Source of the DNA: an uncultured Nitrospiraceae bacterium
GTDB lineage: Bacteria > Nitrospirota > Nitrospiria > Nitrospirales > Nitrospiraceae
Assembly: GCA_963730935.1 (NCBI GenBank)
Contig: CAVSTP010000002.1
Location: 608,001 to 672,000, forward strand
Direction of reading: 5' to 3'
DNA: 64,000 bases
In this document: piece by piece, positions 20,259 to 30,712 of the stretch
Layout: every line of letters starts with the position of its first letter
Position numbering within the stretch: the first letter of the stretch is position 1
The notes under the pieces: generated by a model
The model's input: the letters and a program-made list of their open reading frames with translations, nothing else
Told to the model about the DNA's origin: nothing
The model's database searches: none
Program-made: the position numbers and the translations under genes

Positions 20259-20687
20259 ATGCCCAATGAGGACAGCGAACCGTCGCATTCTAGCCCCATC
20301 GAGATCCTCCTCGTCGATGACCATCCCCACGTTCGAAGACTCTTGCGCGAGATGATCGAGACGTATGACGACCTCAGAATCGTCGGGGAAGCCGTCAATG
20401 GCGAGGAAGCGGTGCTGCTTGCGGCGAAACTCAAGCCTGCCGCGGTGGTCATGGATGTTCACCTGCCCGTATTGAATGGCGTACCAGCCACAACATTGAT
20501 CAAGATGAACAATCCGTTTACCGCCATCATTGGGTTGACTGCGGGCGATCCCCACGAAGACGAAAAAGCTATGACCATCGCTGGTGCGGCCGTGGTCATC
20601 AATAAGAGCGACGTGTTGAGCGCGCTGTATCCAGCCATCGTCGATTCACTCAAACGAATTCCTTCTCAGACGGCGAAAGATAGATGA
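20259..20687 (+). CDS. stand-alone NarL-type receiver domain
   Basis: ILLVDDH, VGEAVNGEEAV, VVMDVHLPVLNG; no HTH. Confidence 0.85.
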   Translation: MPNEDSEPSHSSPIEILLVDDHPHVRRLLREMIETYDDLRIVGEAVNGEEAVLLAAKLKPAAVVMDVHLPVLNGVPATTLIKMNNPFTAIIGLTAGDPHEDEKAMTIAGAAVVINKSDVLSALYPAIVDSLKRIPSQTAKDR

Positions 20688-20866
20688 CAACTGCCGATTC
20701 CTGCCACTGTACAGGTTGCGCAAAGTGTCAGCGACAGGACAACCACTGTCGGCGCTCAGTCGTATTCGACATTGACCATCTGTGCGAAGAGTGTCACGAG
20801 CAAGCGGCTCGCATGCTCCAAGGTTCGCTTCCCTCCGATCCTCGGTACCAGAGCCGATCAGCGTGA
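20684..20866 (+). CDS. small Cys-rich protein
   Basis: CHCTGCAKC...HC...LCEECH; ATGA overlap with upstream gene. Confidence 0.5.
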   Translation: MTTADSCHCTGCAKCQRQDNHCRRSVVFDIDHLCEECHEQAARMLQGSLPSDPRYQSRSA

Positions 20867-21948
20867 TGCCTACCGGGTGTTTTAGCCGCAATAACCATTT
20901 TGGTGTCGTGCTTCTAGGTACGAAATCTCATATTTCTTTGTCCCGCCTGCAAATCATTTTAATATTCTCAGGTTCCTGGTGACACTGTGCGAAGTGTGGT
21001 TGCACCCGGACGCCGGAGCTAACATTGCCCGCCTGTTGGCGGTCAACAGCGAGAGTAATGTCAGCATTAGAAGAATCCGATTGTGTTTCCCGATGGTCGA
21101 AACAAGCTGCGACTGGTCAAAGCCGTGATGCGTTGGCAGGAAGGAAGACCCCAATGGAGGGTACGACCCCCACTACAACACTCAGCGAGTTGAACCAACT
21201 CTACGGATTATACTGCGAGGCAACCGAGGGTTCGTCGCCTGATGTACGGAGCGCGATGAGAGCATGGATCGCTTATGAACTTTATGCACGACGGTACAAC
21301 CGAGAGCGTGGACTCGATACCACATCTGAACGGCGGTCGCCTCAATAGAATATCAGGCTCTGTGTCCTCCGGATGGGTTAGGCATCGCACGCATGCAGTC
21401 ATTTGCCTAAATGACGTGGCCGTCACGATCTACGCCTACAATCCCACGGTGGTTTGATGGCAGATCGCGGCTCATCTTTACCCGTTGTACCTGTGGCGTT
21501 CGCGTTGGAAAAGCGGCAAAGAAGCTGATGAAGGGTACCTCACGCTGGTATGAAGGTAGACAGAGGTGGCGTTATGGGATCGGAAACGGACAACGTGGAA
21601 AGATTGTTCGACGCTCTTGAGGAGTTAAGGCTCTTACTCGTAAACAGCCTCCCTGCCGCTGCACAAACACAACCTAGTCGCCGCTCTCCCGAACGCCTCG
21701 GAACTCGCCTATTGGGCGACTCTCTTCATATTTTATCCGAGACATTTCTAGCGCGATGGAGGCGATACCGTAATCAATACCACCGAAAGCGCAATGCGTT
21801 CCTGCTCTTGACGTTAAGCGGAGCTGTTCGGCCCGCCAATGTGGAGTTGTCCTGTGGTGGTGGACGACAGGAACCGCTTCGATGATTGAAAAGGTGAAAC
21901 TGCAACTCGTTTTGAAGGCACTGCAAGACTGAATAGACACAGAGTTCA

Positions 21949-22131
21949 ATGCTCACGAAGCAATGCGACCGCTGTAAAGGCACGATGCTCAGAGAGGACA
22001 TCGTGTTAGGTAGCGGGTCATTAATACGGAAATCTTTGTCGGCTTACCACTGCAGTAATTGCGGGCGGAGTGAGTTTGGGGCAGTCGAAATCGATCGCCG
22101 TTCGGACGACAGCGGCACTAGGCTCACTTGA
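21949..22131 (+). CDS. Zn-ribbon microprotein
   Basis: CDRCKG...CSNCG. Confidence 0.55.
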   Translation: MLTKQCDRCKGTMLREDIVLGSGSLIRKSLSAYHCSNCGRSEFGAVEIDRRSDDSGTRLT

Positions 22132-22266
22132 GCGATTCGTTTAACGATCGAACATAAAGACCCTTCACGGAAGATTCCAGAGACACATTGTCCCTCTCTC
22201 TCAGACTAGTTGTCCCCATTATGATGCGCAACCCCGAGTAAAACCAAGAAGATCCATGTGTGTATG

Positions 22267-22282
22267 GGGCATGAGCTTTGCT
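22267..22282 (+). promoter_or_regulatory. possible sigma-54 (-24/-12) promoter
   Basis: GGGCAT-N5-TTGCT upstream of the gene at 22365. Confidence 0.4.
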
Positions 22283-22364
22283 CAATATGTATGTTGTGAA
22301 CCGAATAACTATCTTGTGAACCGAGCATTAAGCATCGACACGCCCTTTGAGAAAGGAGGAAGGT

Positions 22365-22607
22365 ATGACCTCATCAGTAGGTACAGCGACGATCGGCATC
22401 CTTCCGAACGCTCGTTGGTTTCAGAAGCGGAAGGATATTCACCATAGGACGAGTCGATTCCGTTTGGCGGCGGCGTGTCGATTGCGTCGCGCGGCCGTGC
22501 ACCGAATTGAATGGGGCAGTGCCTGGGACGCGGTCTGGGAAACGATCCTCCTCATCAGCATTGGCTTGAGCAGCCTCGGATTTGTCTCTCTCATCATGCA
22601 GACGTAG
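22365..22607 (+). CDS. small membrane protein
   Basis: AGGAGG RBS, C-terminal TM helix. Confidence 0.5.
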   Translation: MTSSVGTATIGILPNARWFQKRKDIHHRTSRFRLAAACRLRRAAVHRIEWGSAWDAVWETILLISIGLSSLGFVSLIMQT

Positions 22608-22680
22608 TGAGCCCGTCATCGGTGCCAAGACTAGCAACTGGACTGATTGGAGAGAGAAATACCAACCGCCGGAGTGACCG

Positions 22681-22899
22681 ATGATCGGCATGATTTCCGT
22701 TTGCTTCGCCATGGTAATGGGATTGGCTCTCCTCAGTGGGTGTGCGCCGGTCTACCTTCATCATCCCGAAACGGGCAAGACAGTTCAATGTGGGCCCTAT
22801 TTTGAAGATCCTGCGTCGGACCATTCGGCCAGGTTACTCAAGAGAGGGTGCATCGAGGGTTATGAACGCCAAGGATATGATCAAATAAACGGTGGTTAG
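22681..22899 (+). CDS. small lipoprotein
   Basis: LSGC lipobox; HPETGKTVQC...C+..YERQGY. Confidence 0.6.
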   Translation: MIGMISVCFAMVMGLALLSGCAPVYLHHPETGKTVQCGPYFEDPASDHSARLLKRGCIEGYERQGYDQINGG

Positions 22900-23192
22900 C
22901 GAAGCCGCTAGTGGAGCATCGTACGCCAAGTCTTGAAACCAGGAAACAAGCATAGGCCGCATATCGAGCAATACGACTCCTTACGACTTCGATCTCGCTC
23001 CATCCGATCAAAGGCTCCCATATGCATATCGGTTGCGTTAGAGCCGACCAAAATGCGTAATGCAGGTCCTGTACTGATTACTGCCTTTTATTGCCGCCAA
23101 GTTCCGTAATGCTTAACTTCTGGGTTTAGTAAACACACTCTGCATATTGATCGTGGTGTGCAATGACCGGTCAGTCATTGCACATGGGAACC

Positions 23193-23251
23193 GACCTGCG
23201 GTTTACCAAATTCCGAGAATCCAACCTCAGACAACCTAACCCCCCACAAGA
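23193..23251 (+). repeat. element-end repeat with tRNA-Thr-like start
   Basis: gacctgcggtttaccaaattcc...ctcagacaacctaaccccccacaaga; perfect 11-bp hairpin at 23157-23184 and 11-bp tandem CGTGGTRGCAG at 23307-23328. Confidence 0.6.
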
Positions 23252-24083
23252 AACCACAAACCAGGTAGCTCCTGAGATGGGTACATATGGGCGTAAGTCG
23301 TCCTATCGTGGTAGCAGCGTGGTGGCAGATCAAGACTCTAAAGGTTCAATTTCCCAACGGGATTTTCCAAAGAGGAACTAATCCCCTAGCCTTCCAAATT
23401 GACGTGAAAGCCTTGGCAGGGATCGATTAGCCTTACCGCCTCTTTCTATTCTGGCGTGGTCCGATCAGCGAGGCGATGAACATACTCAATGCTGAACAAT
23501 AAACTCGCCAAGTCATATTTCCTCCCATTGTTGCTAGTAGCAGTCTCTCGGTCTATTTCCACCACTGTTCGCATTCGCCTTTGTTAACTGTTTCGGTGCA
23601 GAGGTCAATCAGAGCCCTAAGCCCAACTCAAATCGCAATCTATTTCCATCTGCAAATGCCCCATCCAGAACCGTCAGACAATCCTGAAAAATGGGCTGCT
23701 TTTCCACCAGGGCAGGAACACTTTCTATTCTCGTCATTGCGAAGCCCCATTCCCGTTCCCACTCATCGGCAGTCCATCTGGATCGCTTTCTGACGATTAT
23801 GCGCCTTTTTCTCATCATTGCCCTGCTCGATGGGTACAGGCTTGGACGTGATCTTAGTGTACACGCGGCCTATCCTGGTTATACTTTTTTCGCTCTTTCT
23901 GATTTTTCCGGCAGCCGTGTCCCAGCCTTCACCTGACTTGCAGTCGGCCACGCAACTACCTCCTGGGCGCAAGGGTGATGCGGTCGCTTCATCTTTCCCC
24001 CATCTTTCTGGATCAAACACTCAAAGCTTGCTATTCTCTCGAAGGAGGAATCGCATGACAAAAGAGCATTCGAAACCGCTCAT

Positions 24084-24293
24084 ATGACCAAGATTCTCGT
24101 CATAGTTGAAGACCGGGACCTATTAGCTGCTGTCTTGGACGAAAGAGGGTATGAAGTTATATTGGCAGAGAATGGTGGAACAGGGCTGATGTTATGTCAC
24201 CGGCAACCTCCTGATGCTGTCGTGTTGGACCTCCGCATGCCTGAACTGGACGGTCGCAGCGTACTGCAGCAATTGCGGAGACTATACACATGA
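24084..24293 (+). pseudogene. truncated receiver domain
   Basis: only the N-terminal half (to PDAVVLDLRMPELDG) is present. Confidence 0.6.
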
Positions 24294-24670
24294 AGCCGAT
24301 GAGCATGTATCGAACAAACAAGCCGGTTCAAAAACTCATCACCGGCTACCGTCCCGTCGTCCGCGCCCGCGAAGGACGGATGTTCGGTATGCGCCAGCCG
24401 CTCGATGGACCAATCTTCGAAACGCTAGAGGATGCGCGCAATTGGTGCATCCATGCCCTGATCAGTCACTATGATCGAAGGCTCGGGATGTCGGATGCGA
24501 CGATAGAACCGTTCAAGGGCATGGTGTACTGTGGTGGCCCCCCCTCAGACCCCGCCCAGCTTCGGGACATCGAGCGGATCTGTGAACAGGCGGCGAGGGA
24601 GCGCATAAGGGAGAAGAATCGTCATCAGCCGGTCGATTCGACGGATGGGTCAAGTTTTCTAAACCGGTGA
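24290..24670 (+). CDS. hypothetical protein (intact copy of the pseudogene at 47848-48160)
   Basis: high nucleotide similarity to the inverted copy. Confidence 0.65.
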   Translation: MKPMSMYRTNKPVQKLITGYRPVVRAREGRMFGMRQPLDGPIFETLEDARNWCIHALISHYDRRLGMSDATIEPFKGMVYCGGPPSDPAQLRDIERICEQAARERIREKNRHQPVDSTDGSSFLNR

Positions 24671-24957
24671 ACCGCAACTGCCGACATCACTGATAGGAAA
24701 GCAGCCGTAAACAAAAACTTTAAAAGGGCTCGTGCGGCACTTGTCTTGTTTCGAAGCTCTCGCTCAACAAAGCGTTGCGTTCTAGTGTGTGCATAACACT
24801 CGGCTTCATCCTTAGTGCTAAAAGCTTTCTTATCTGGGATGATGGCATAACGCTGTCCATCTTTTTGGACCACAATCTTCTCAATGTGCCACCGTCCATA
24901 AATATCATCCCCTAGTATGTTCTTGACTCGAACCACCGGCATTCCTCTCAATAGCAC
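24625..24957 (-). CDS. hypothetical protein with C-terminal TM
   Basis: 110-aa ORF. Confidence 0.4.
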   Translation of the reverse strand: MLLRGMPVVRVKNILGDDIYGRWHIEKIVVQKDGQRYAIIPDKKAFSTKDEAECYAHTRTQRFVERELRNKTSAARALLKFLFTAAFLSVMSAVAVHRFRKLDPSVESTG

Positions 24958-25516
24958 GCACCAGATTCCGATTTAGAAAAACTCCAGATGAGCGTCTGAA
25001 CTCCTAGGCTGCCTCCGCAAAGCGTTCTGCATTCTCATCAAACTGCCGTTGGCACGCGACTCTACAGAAGGTTGTTCTGCTCAGCTGATTCTATGTGCTC
25101 AGCGGTGTATGGACTGCTAGCACATTCCCTTGCTGCTGCAGAAATTAAGTTGTCTCCCCACGAGCAGTGTTTTGGGCATAGCGCGTGCATCGTAAATCTT
25201 CTTAAAACCGTCTACTCATCTGCAAGTCATAATAAGTGAGGAATGGGCTTCCATGAATAGCCCAAATTGCTCCGCTCTGGGAAAGAGTCCCGCCCAAGCT
25301 TTACGGAGCAACAGAACAATATGTCGTATCTGACTGAAGAACTCGTGCCGCAAAATCATGAGGTTACCCTCGATGCCATCGGAGACTCACTCAACCATTC
25401 ACTAACGTGAACATCGCCAGTCTGCAAGCAGGGATATGCCGCTTAGATTGGACAATCTGTCGGGGAGTGGAACATTTGTCTGTCGGATGTAGTCAAGGAC
25501 ACTTAAGGAGGCCCAT

Positions 25517-25888
25517 ATGAAATTGAGATGGCCATTGGTAGCAAGTCTGTTTTTCCTATGCATGCTGTTCGACTCGCCACTGCCTTCTCTCGCAGACTCC
25601 TTGGATAAAGCCGCCATCAAAACCGAAAAACAGAAAATGGAAATGGAGCGGGAGGCCCAAACAAAGCGGCATGAAATGGAACGGGAGGCGCAGAAGGACA
25701 AACATGCAAGGGAGCGCCAGGAGCGTAAACAAGGCGAAGACTTGATGGGGGAAGCAGAGAAACTCCAGCAGGAGCAGCGCAAACACAAAGAAGGGATGGC
25801 GCGGGAAGAAGAGAAACACCAAAAGGAAATGGCCCGCGAGGAAAGGAAACACCGAGAGGAAATGGAACGAGGCGGACAGAGTAATTGA
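25517..25888 (+). CDS. secreted highly charged coiled-coil protein
   Basis: AAGGAGG RBS, signal peptide, KH.EMARE repeats. Confidence 0.65.
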   Translation: MKLRWPLVASLFFLCMLFDSPLPSLADSLDKAAIKTEKQKMEMEREAQTKRHEMEREAQKDKHARERQERKQGEDLMGEAEKLQQEQRKHKEGMAREEEKHQKEMAREERKHREEMERGGQSN

Positions 25889-26020
25889 TGCCGAGCGATC
25901 TCAGATCATTGCTTTTACTACCCCTGCTCCGCCGAATAGTCCGGTCGCAATTGGATCAACAAGGTCAATTCCCAGTCTCTCATCTAGGTCAGTGAATGAA
26001 CATCAATATAAGGAGGTAAT

Positions 26021-26395
26021 ATGTGGGCCATTTTCTTGGTTAGCCTGAGCGTCGTCTTCATGGGACCCTCAATAGGATCAGCAGTGGACCTTCAAGTAGT
26101 AGATAAGAATTGTTGGATCGAGATTTTCGATGACGACGAATATGATGAGGACGATCCGCATGTCAAGATCCAAGGGCCCGCAGAGTACGCCACTTTGAAA
26201 GATGTCTTTGGGCGCAATTGGAGCAATGACATTGAAAGCGTGATTGTGGGCACCAATGCGACCGTGAAGGCCTGGATGAATAAAGACTTTGCGGGGCCGG
26301 AAATTACCTTTACCCCCGGACAACGCGTGCCAAAACTTTCGAAATTCAAGATGTCCAATAACATTGAATCCATGAAAATCACCTGTGGACCTTAA
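26021..26395 (+). CDS. secreted beta/gamma-crystallin-like domain protein
   Basis: signal peptide; CW.EIF.D, WSNDIES.IVG, N.IESMKI.C. Confidence 0.75.
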   Translation: MWAIFLVSLSVVFMGPSIGSAVDLQVVDKNCWIEIFDDDEYDEDDPHVKIQGPAEYATLKDVFGRNWSNDIESVIVGTNATVKAWMNKDFAGPEITFTPGQRVPKLSKFKMSNNIESMKITCGP

Positions 26396-26446
26396 CCGGC
26401 GAGTCGGCTACCAGTCGGGTATTAACATTGCTGAATCCAAGAGGAG

Positions 26447-26480
26447 GAGCCCGCTCACCGAAAGGGAGGCGGCTCTTTTT
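26447..26480 (+). terminator. possible intrinsic terminator
   Basis: gagcc...gaaa...ggctc imperfect stem followed by TTTTT. Confidence 0.4.
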
Positions 26481-26702
26481 CTACCGCTTTAGTCGTATTC
26501 GACATTGACCATCTGTGCGAAGAGTGCCACGAACAAGCGGCTCGCATTTGTCAAGGTTCCAAGATCAACATGAGTGGTCAAAAGTGGACATATAGTCATA
26601 GGTACGAGGGCGCATACTCTTACTACACATTCCCACACACACCTGCCGACGGCCTCCTGGAAGGCCCGACCGCCGACATCTTGTGAGAAAGGCGGTCGCC
26701 CT

Positions 26703-27038
26703 ATGTCGAACAATCCTATCTTCCGTCCTCTACGTATGGGACAACGGAGTGTTCAATTCTATAAACACGTCTGCGTTTTCGAGTTGGAACGTAAAGGCGG
26801 TATGTTCACCGCAGAGGTAGTTTGTACGGTGTGCGGTGCCTACCTCTCCTCTCAGCAGGATCGGCCACCAGGCACAAGACAAGGCCGCACAGGGACCGTG
26901 AGAATCGGCGAAATCTCTAACTTCGGCTCTTCTACTGATTGCGAAAAAGCGGGGGCTTCCGAAGTCGTGGACAAGAAGAACGCCGTGGCTGAAGTAACAT
27001 CGACGGTAAGCCCGCAGACAGGCAAGAGAAAGGGGTAG
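26703..27038 (+). CDS. small Zn-ribbon-like hypothetical protein
   Basis: H.C...VVCTVCG; ends inside the mini-IS left repeat. Confidence 0.35.
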   Translation: MSNNPIFRPLRMGQRSVQFYKHVCVFELERKGGMFTAEVVCTVCGAYLSSQQDRPPGTRQGRTGTVRIGEISNFGSSTDCEKAGASEVVDKKNAVAEVTSTVSPQTGKRKG

Positions 27039-27398
27039 TGGGTCAGTTTGATGTCGTGAATGGCTGAACGTTTTGCATGAGGGAGTTTAGGCGGCTTTAT
27101 GGGCGATTTCAGTTCTTTTTTTGGCGGATAGCTTTTTCGCCCTTGCTTTTCCGCCCTTGAGTCCTCCTAGCCGTCCAAGGGTTACGGCAGGGTTCCTCTC
27201 GGGCTGGCCAGACTCCCCATCCATCATAACGGAACGAGCTAGGCGGGGCTTATTTTCCTCCTTCGTCACTTCTCGCAGAATCTCGAAATCCGTTACGTTC
27301 ACATCGGTGGATTTCTTCTTTTTAGCCATGCGGTCACTATACATGACCTCTTAAGCACGTGACTGTGCTATATCGACCTTTCAAACTGACCCACTACC
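27034..27398. mobile_element. non-autonomous mini-IS (365 bp) with perfect 18-bp terminal inverted repeats and one passenger gene
   Basis: ggtagtgggtcagtttga (27034-27051) / tcaaactgacccactacc (27381-27398); no transposase; no clear target duplication. Confidence 0.75.
27087..27329 (-). CDS. small basic 'histone-H1-like' KGG-motif passenger protein
   Basis: RNPAVTLGRLGGLKGGKARAKKLSAKKRTEIAHKAA. Confidence 0.7.
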   Translation of the reverse strand: MAKKKKSTDVNVTDFEILREVTKEENKPRLARSVMMDGESGQPERNPAVTLGRLGGLKGGKARAKKLSAKKRTEIAHKAA

Positions 27399-27430
27399 AG
27401 ACCGGCGGCGTGTCGCCAGAAGGCATTCCG

Positions 27431-27661
27431 ATGGCCGACAACAAGACTGACCCGCGCCAATGGACATCAGAGAAGCCGACGAAGTCAGGGTTTTATTACT
27501 ATCGTCAATCGAACGATGAAGAACCTATTGTCTTAAAGGTGGAGTTACTAGATGACCGGAAGGGTCCTATTAGCGTGGTATGGCTACCTGGCGATAATGC
27601 CCCGGAACCACTTGAACAATGTCACGGTGACTGGGCTGGCCCGATCGAGCCGCCGGTATGA
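27431..27661 (+). CDS. small phage-type hypothetical protein (paralogue of 43320-43565)
   Basis: WT.EKPTKSGFYYY...WAGPIEPP. Confidence 0.55.
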   Translation: MADNKTDPRQWTSEKPTKSGFYYYRQSNDEEPIVLKVELLDDRKGPISVVWLPGDNAPEPLEQCHGDWAGPIEPPV

Positions 27662-27817
27662 TTGCGCCTATTCGCAGTCGCAAACGCAAAATGATGCTGA
27701 TCTCTTCATCGAGGTCAACGCTTAACTGAATCGCCGGGACAGTCATTAGCTGGGTGATAGCCTGCTTCCTCGGCGTCCTCAACCACCACCGGAAGAAACC
27801 ATCCTTTCTCCTTCTAT

Positions 27818-28297
27818 CTATCCGTACGTCGCCGCGAAATCCGCATCCGTCATCGTGAGGTACATAATCCCCTCAATTAACGAAGCAATGAGAGGAATTA
27901 AGGTCCAACAGAACAGCAAGTAGAAGATACCCATTCCAACTTTGCCAAGGTAGAATTTATGAGCGCCAATGCCTCCGAGGAGCAAAGCGAACAATGCCGC
28001 CGTCAAGCGATTGCGGCCAGAAGGTGACATAACGGCTTGACGGACGCCGCACTTGGGGCAGATTTCTGCTTTGGCAAGGATGAGACTCCCGCATTCCTGA
28101 CAGTACTTCTCGTCTGATCCTTTGATTCTTGGCTCACTCAGTTCTGTAGAAAGTGGCATATAGGCACTATCCTCTGATTCTACGGATGATCCTATTTGGC
28201 GAAGGGGAAAGTCTGGTGGGCTCGTCTCCTTTGGCAGAAACAGTGAAATTGTTCCGGCGAGGCCGACAAAGATCAAAACTAAAAGGAATAATTCCAT
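27818..28297 (-). CDS. TM2/NINE domain membrane protein with zinc ribbon
   Basis: YCQECG...CPKCG; LLGGIGAHKFYLG. Confidence 0.85.
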   Translation of the reverse strand: MELFLLVLIFVGLAGTISLFLPKETSPPDFPLRQIGSSVESEDSAYMPLSTELSEPRIKGSDEKYCQECGSLILAKAEICPKCGVRQAVMSPSGRNRLTAALFALLLGGIGAHKFYLGKVGMGIFYLLFCWTLIPLIASLIEGIMYLTMTDADFAATYG

Positions 28298-28636
28298 TCA
28301 CGTTTGTGTCCTTCGTTGCCATCCGCCTCATTCAGTTGTGTCAAGTGTGTATGAAGGGGTCTGTGGCGTTCTGGTCACAATCGCTCACATGAGAAAATAA
28401 TCCGGGGTCCCTGCTGGAGACGTGTCTCGGCTCTTCTAGGATGTGGCGCCTCGGTGCGGCAACGGCGCATTGAAGGAATTATGAATTTCATGTGCTGTTT
28501 TGAGCGGTTGCCCGTTCCCTGGTTCGGCGCATCGTAATGGGCCAGGAACGAGGGAGGCTGTGCCAGACAATAAAAGGCCCGACTTCGGTGGGCGCGGAGT
28601 CGAGCCCTACTTGTGAGTGGGTGCACCGATCACGAG

Positions 28637-29764
28637 CTATAAAGATGGGGATTGAGTATGCACGAGCGCGGGCTTACGAACGGGCGGCCGATGGATTACT
28701 TGTCGTTTGGTGGGCCAAGAACGTTTAGCAGGAAGGTTTAGCTTGACCAACTTTCGCTGCGCGGATGAGCGATAGAGCGCCTGAATAATCTGCACATCAA
28801 TTGAACCCTCTACACCTGACGGTTCCGGGTTTTTATTACGGCGGATACAATCGGAAAAATAGATGAGCTCTGCGGCGAATTGATCACCAGCAGGAAATCG
28901 TTTGGTCCGGGTATGTCCATTCAGAGTAACGCGCTGCATTAGAGGCCCCACATACTCGTACGCGGGGTTGAGTTGCAGGTGCCCTTTGGTGCCAATCAGC
29001 TCATACGAGGAAACATCGGCCGCGCCAAAACTGCAGATGAAACTCGCGAGCCTCCCATCGGGGAAGTACAGGAGTGCACCCGACATTTCGTCCACTTCGC
29101 GAAAGCGACGGTCTGTCCCCTTCACGGAGAAAGCGCTTACTGCGCTGGGATTCTTCTGAAATAGATAACGGGCCGCGTTGATACAATATATCCCAATGTC
29201 ATAGAGTGAACCACCTCCCATCTTGCGTTTCACTCGTATATCCCCTTCGCGGACCTGCATGGCAAACGTAGAATTAAACATTCGCAGTTTACCAAGCTGT
29301 CCGGACCGGGCGAGTTCCACGGCGTTGACATTTGCCTCTTCCAAATGCAGCCGATAGGCGATCATTAATTTTGTTCCCGCACGCTCGGAAGCACGAACCA
29401 TGTGTCTGCATTCCTGTTCGTTCAGTGCCATGGGCTTTTCGCAAAGAACATGAATGCCGGCTTTGGCAGCCCGGGTCGTATAATCGCAGTGCATGCTGTT
29501 CGGCAGGGCGACATATACTGCATCAATATGTCCGTCCCGCAAGCATTGATCATATTGCGCATATGAATAGGTGTACGGAACCCGATAGCGCTGGCTAAGC
29601 GTCTTCAACTTCTGAGGGTCACCCGAGACCAACGCGGTAAGTTGGGAGTTAGAGGATGCATGGGCGAATGCGGGTAACACTGCCACCTGAGCGATGTGTC
29701 CCAATCCAACAACGGCATAACGGATAGGTTTTCGTTGGTGCACCCCCTTCCCTCTCTTATGCAT
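28637..29764 (-). CDS. Gfo/Idh/MocA family oxidoreductase
   Basis: YAVVGLGHIA, HVLCEKPMA, GGGSLYDIGIYC. Confidence 0.92.
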   Translation of the reverse strand: MHKRGKGVHQRKPIRYAVVGLGHIAQVAVLPAFAHASSNSQLTALVSGDPQKLKTLSQRYRVPYTYSYAQYDQCLRDGHIDAVYVALPNSMHCDYTTRAAKAGIHVLCEKPMALNEQECRHMVRASERAGTKLMIAYRLHLEEANVNAVELARSGQLGKLRMFNSTFAMQVREGDIRVKRKMGGGSLYDIGIYCINAARYLFQKNPSAVSAFSVKGTDRRFREVDEMSGALLYFPDGRLASFICSFGAADVSSYELIGTKGHLQLNPAYEYVGPLMQRVTLNGHTRTKRFPAGDQFAAELIYFSDCIRRNKNPEPSGVEGSIDVQIIQALYRSSAQRKLVKLNLPAKRSWPTKRQVIHRPPVRKPALVHTQSPSL

Positions 29765-29835
29765 AGCAGGATTCAGTGTGACAAAATCTATGGTCCCAAG
29801 GCAGACGTTTAGCTAGACAGGCCTATGACACACCG

Positions 29836-30021
29836 TCATGTCCTTCGTCCGAACAATTTTTCTCCCGCGACCATGCCCAGGATCAGTGTCACGACGCAAA
29901 TCCCCAAGAAGATAAAGAACAGCACCTTTCCGATGCCTGCGGCGTCATCGGCGATGCCCCCATATCCGAGGGCCGCAGCAATAAGGGAAATGACGAAAAA
30001 AATAACGGACCACTTAAGCAT
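29836..30021 (-). CDS. DUF1328 (UPF0391/YtjA-like) small membrane protein
   Basis: MLKWSVIFFVISLIAAALGYGGIA..AAGIGKVLFFIFL. Confidence 0.9.
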   Translation of the reverse strand: MLKWSVIFFVISLIAAALGYGGIADDAAGIGKVLFFIFLGICVVTLILGMVAGEKLFGRRT

Positions 30022-30147
30022 GGTTTTTCCCCTTTCTCAATTCAGCCGCCGCTTCTTTATGTAAGCGGCTACAGCCGGCTAGGATGGAACGTCTTCCAGA
30101 ACGACATGCTCTCCAATTATCTGCATAATCAAGACCGAATTGCAGAC

Positions 30148-30161
30148 TAGGAATACTCCTA
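30148..30161. promoter_or_regulatory. TAGG-N6-CCTA palindrome, candidate NarL/RcsB-type regulator box
   Basis: TAGGAATACTCCTA in a divergent promoter; related sites at 30224, 12341 and 36171. Confidence 0.4.
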
Positions 30162-30302
30162 ACTGCTAGGCATTAATCGGGGGCTCCGGGTGGAGGGCCT
30201 AGTGATTCCGTGGCAGGGAATGTCAGGGATACACCTAGTATAAGTTAGCCATAAACGCTGCGAATAATCATTCTAGGTGGGAACATTTACGGGGAGGATT
30301 TT

Positions 30303-30461
30303 ATGTCGACCATACTGTTCATCGTGCTCATCGTGCTACTTCTTGGAGCATTGCCGACATGGCCTTATAGCGCTAGTTGGGGATATTACCCGAGCGGTTT
30401 GCTGGGTCTGGTGCTTCTCATTGTGGTGATCATGCTTTTGACTGGACGTCTGCCTGCTTAG
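30303..30461 (+). CDS. DUF3309 family small membrane protein (below ORF-track cutoff)
   Basis: GGAGG RBS; LLGALPTWPYSASWGYYPSGLLGLVLL. Confidence 0.9.
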   Translation: MSTILFIVLIVLLLGALPTWPYSASWGYYPSGLLGLVLLIVVIMLLTGRLPA

Positions 30462-30712
30462 CAGACGGCCACACTGAGAAGTAGAAACTTCAGCGACTGA
30501 CGGCTGACCTTGGACAGCATCTAACAGAAATCACATGTTGGCATGATCAAAGGGTATGACATGAAAATTCGTCTTGCCCTCTGATTTGCACGAGAAAAGA
30601 AGAGCGTTGTCAGTCAACCGGCGAAAGACCTTTATCAATATCTCTACGGTCCAGACCAGCAAGCCCCTTCATCAAGGTACACAGATTAGGACGGCTGCCA
30701 TTGAGGTAGCCG

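Noticed and set aside
23609..24020. Replication-gene remnant of another element
   Set aside because: Only a vague resemblance, with no diagnostic motif I can support.
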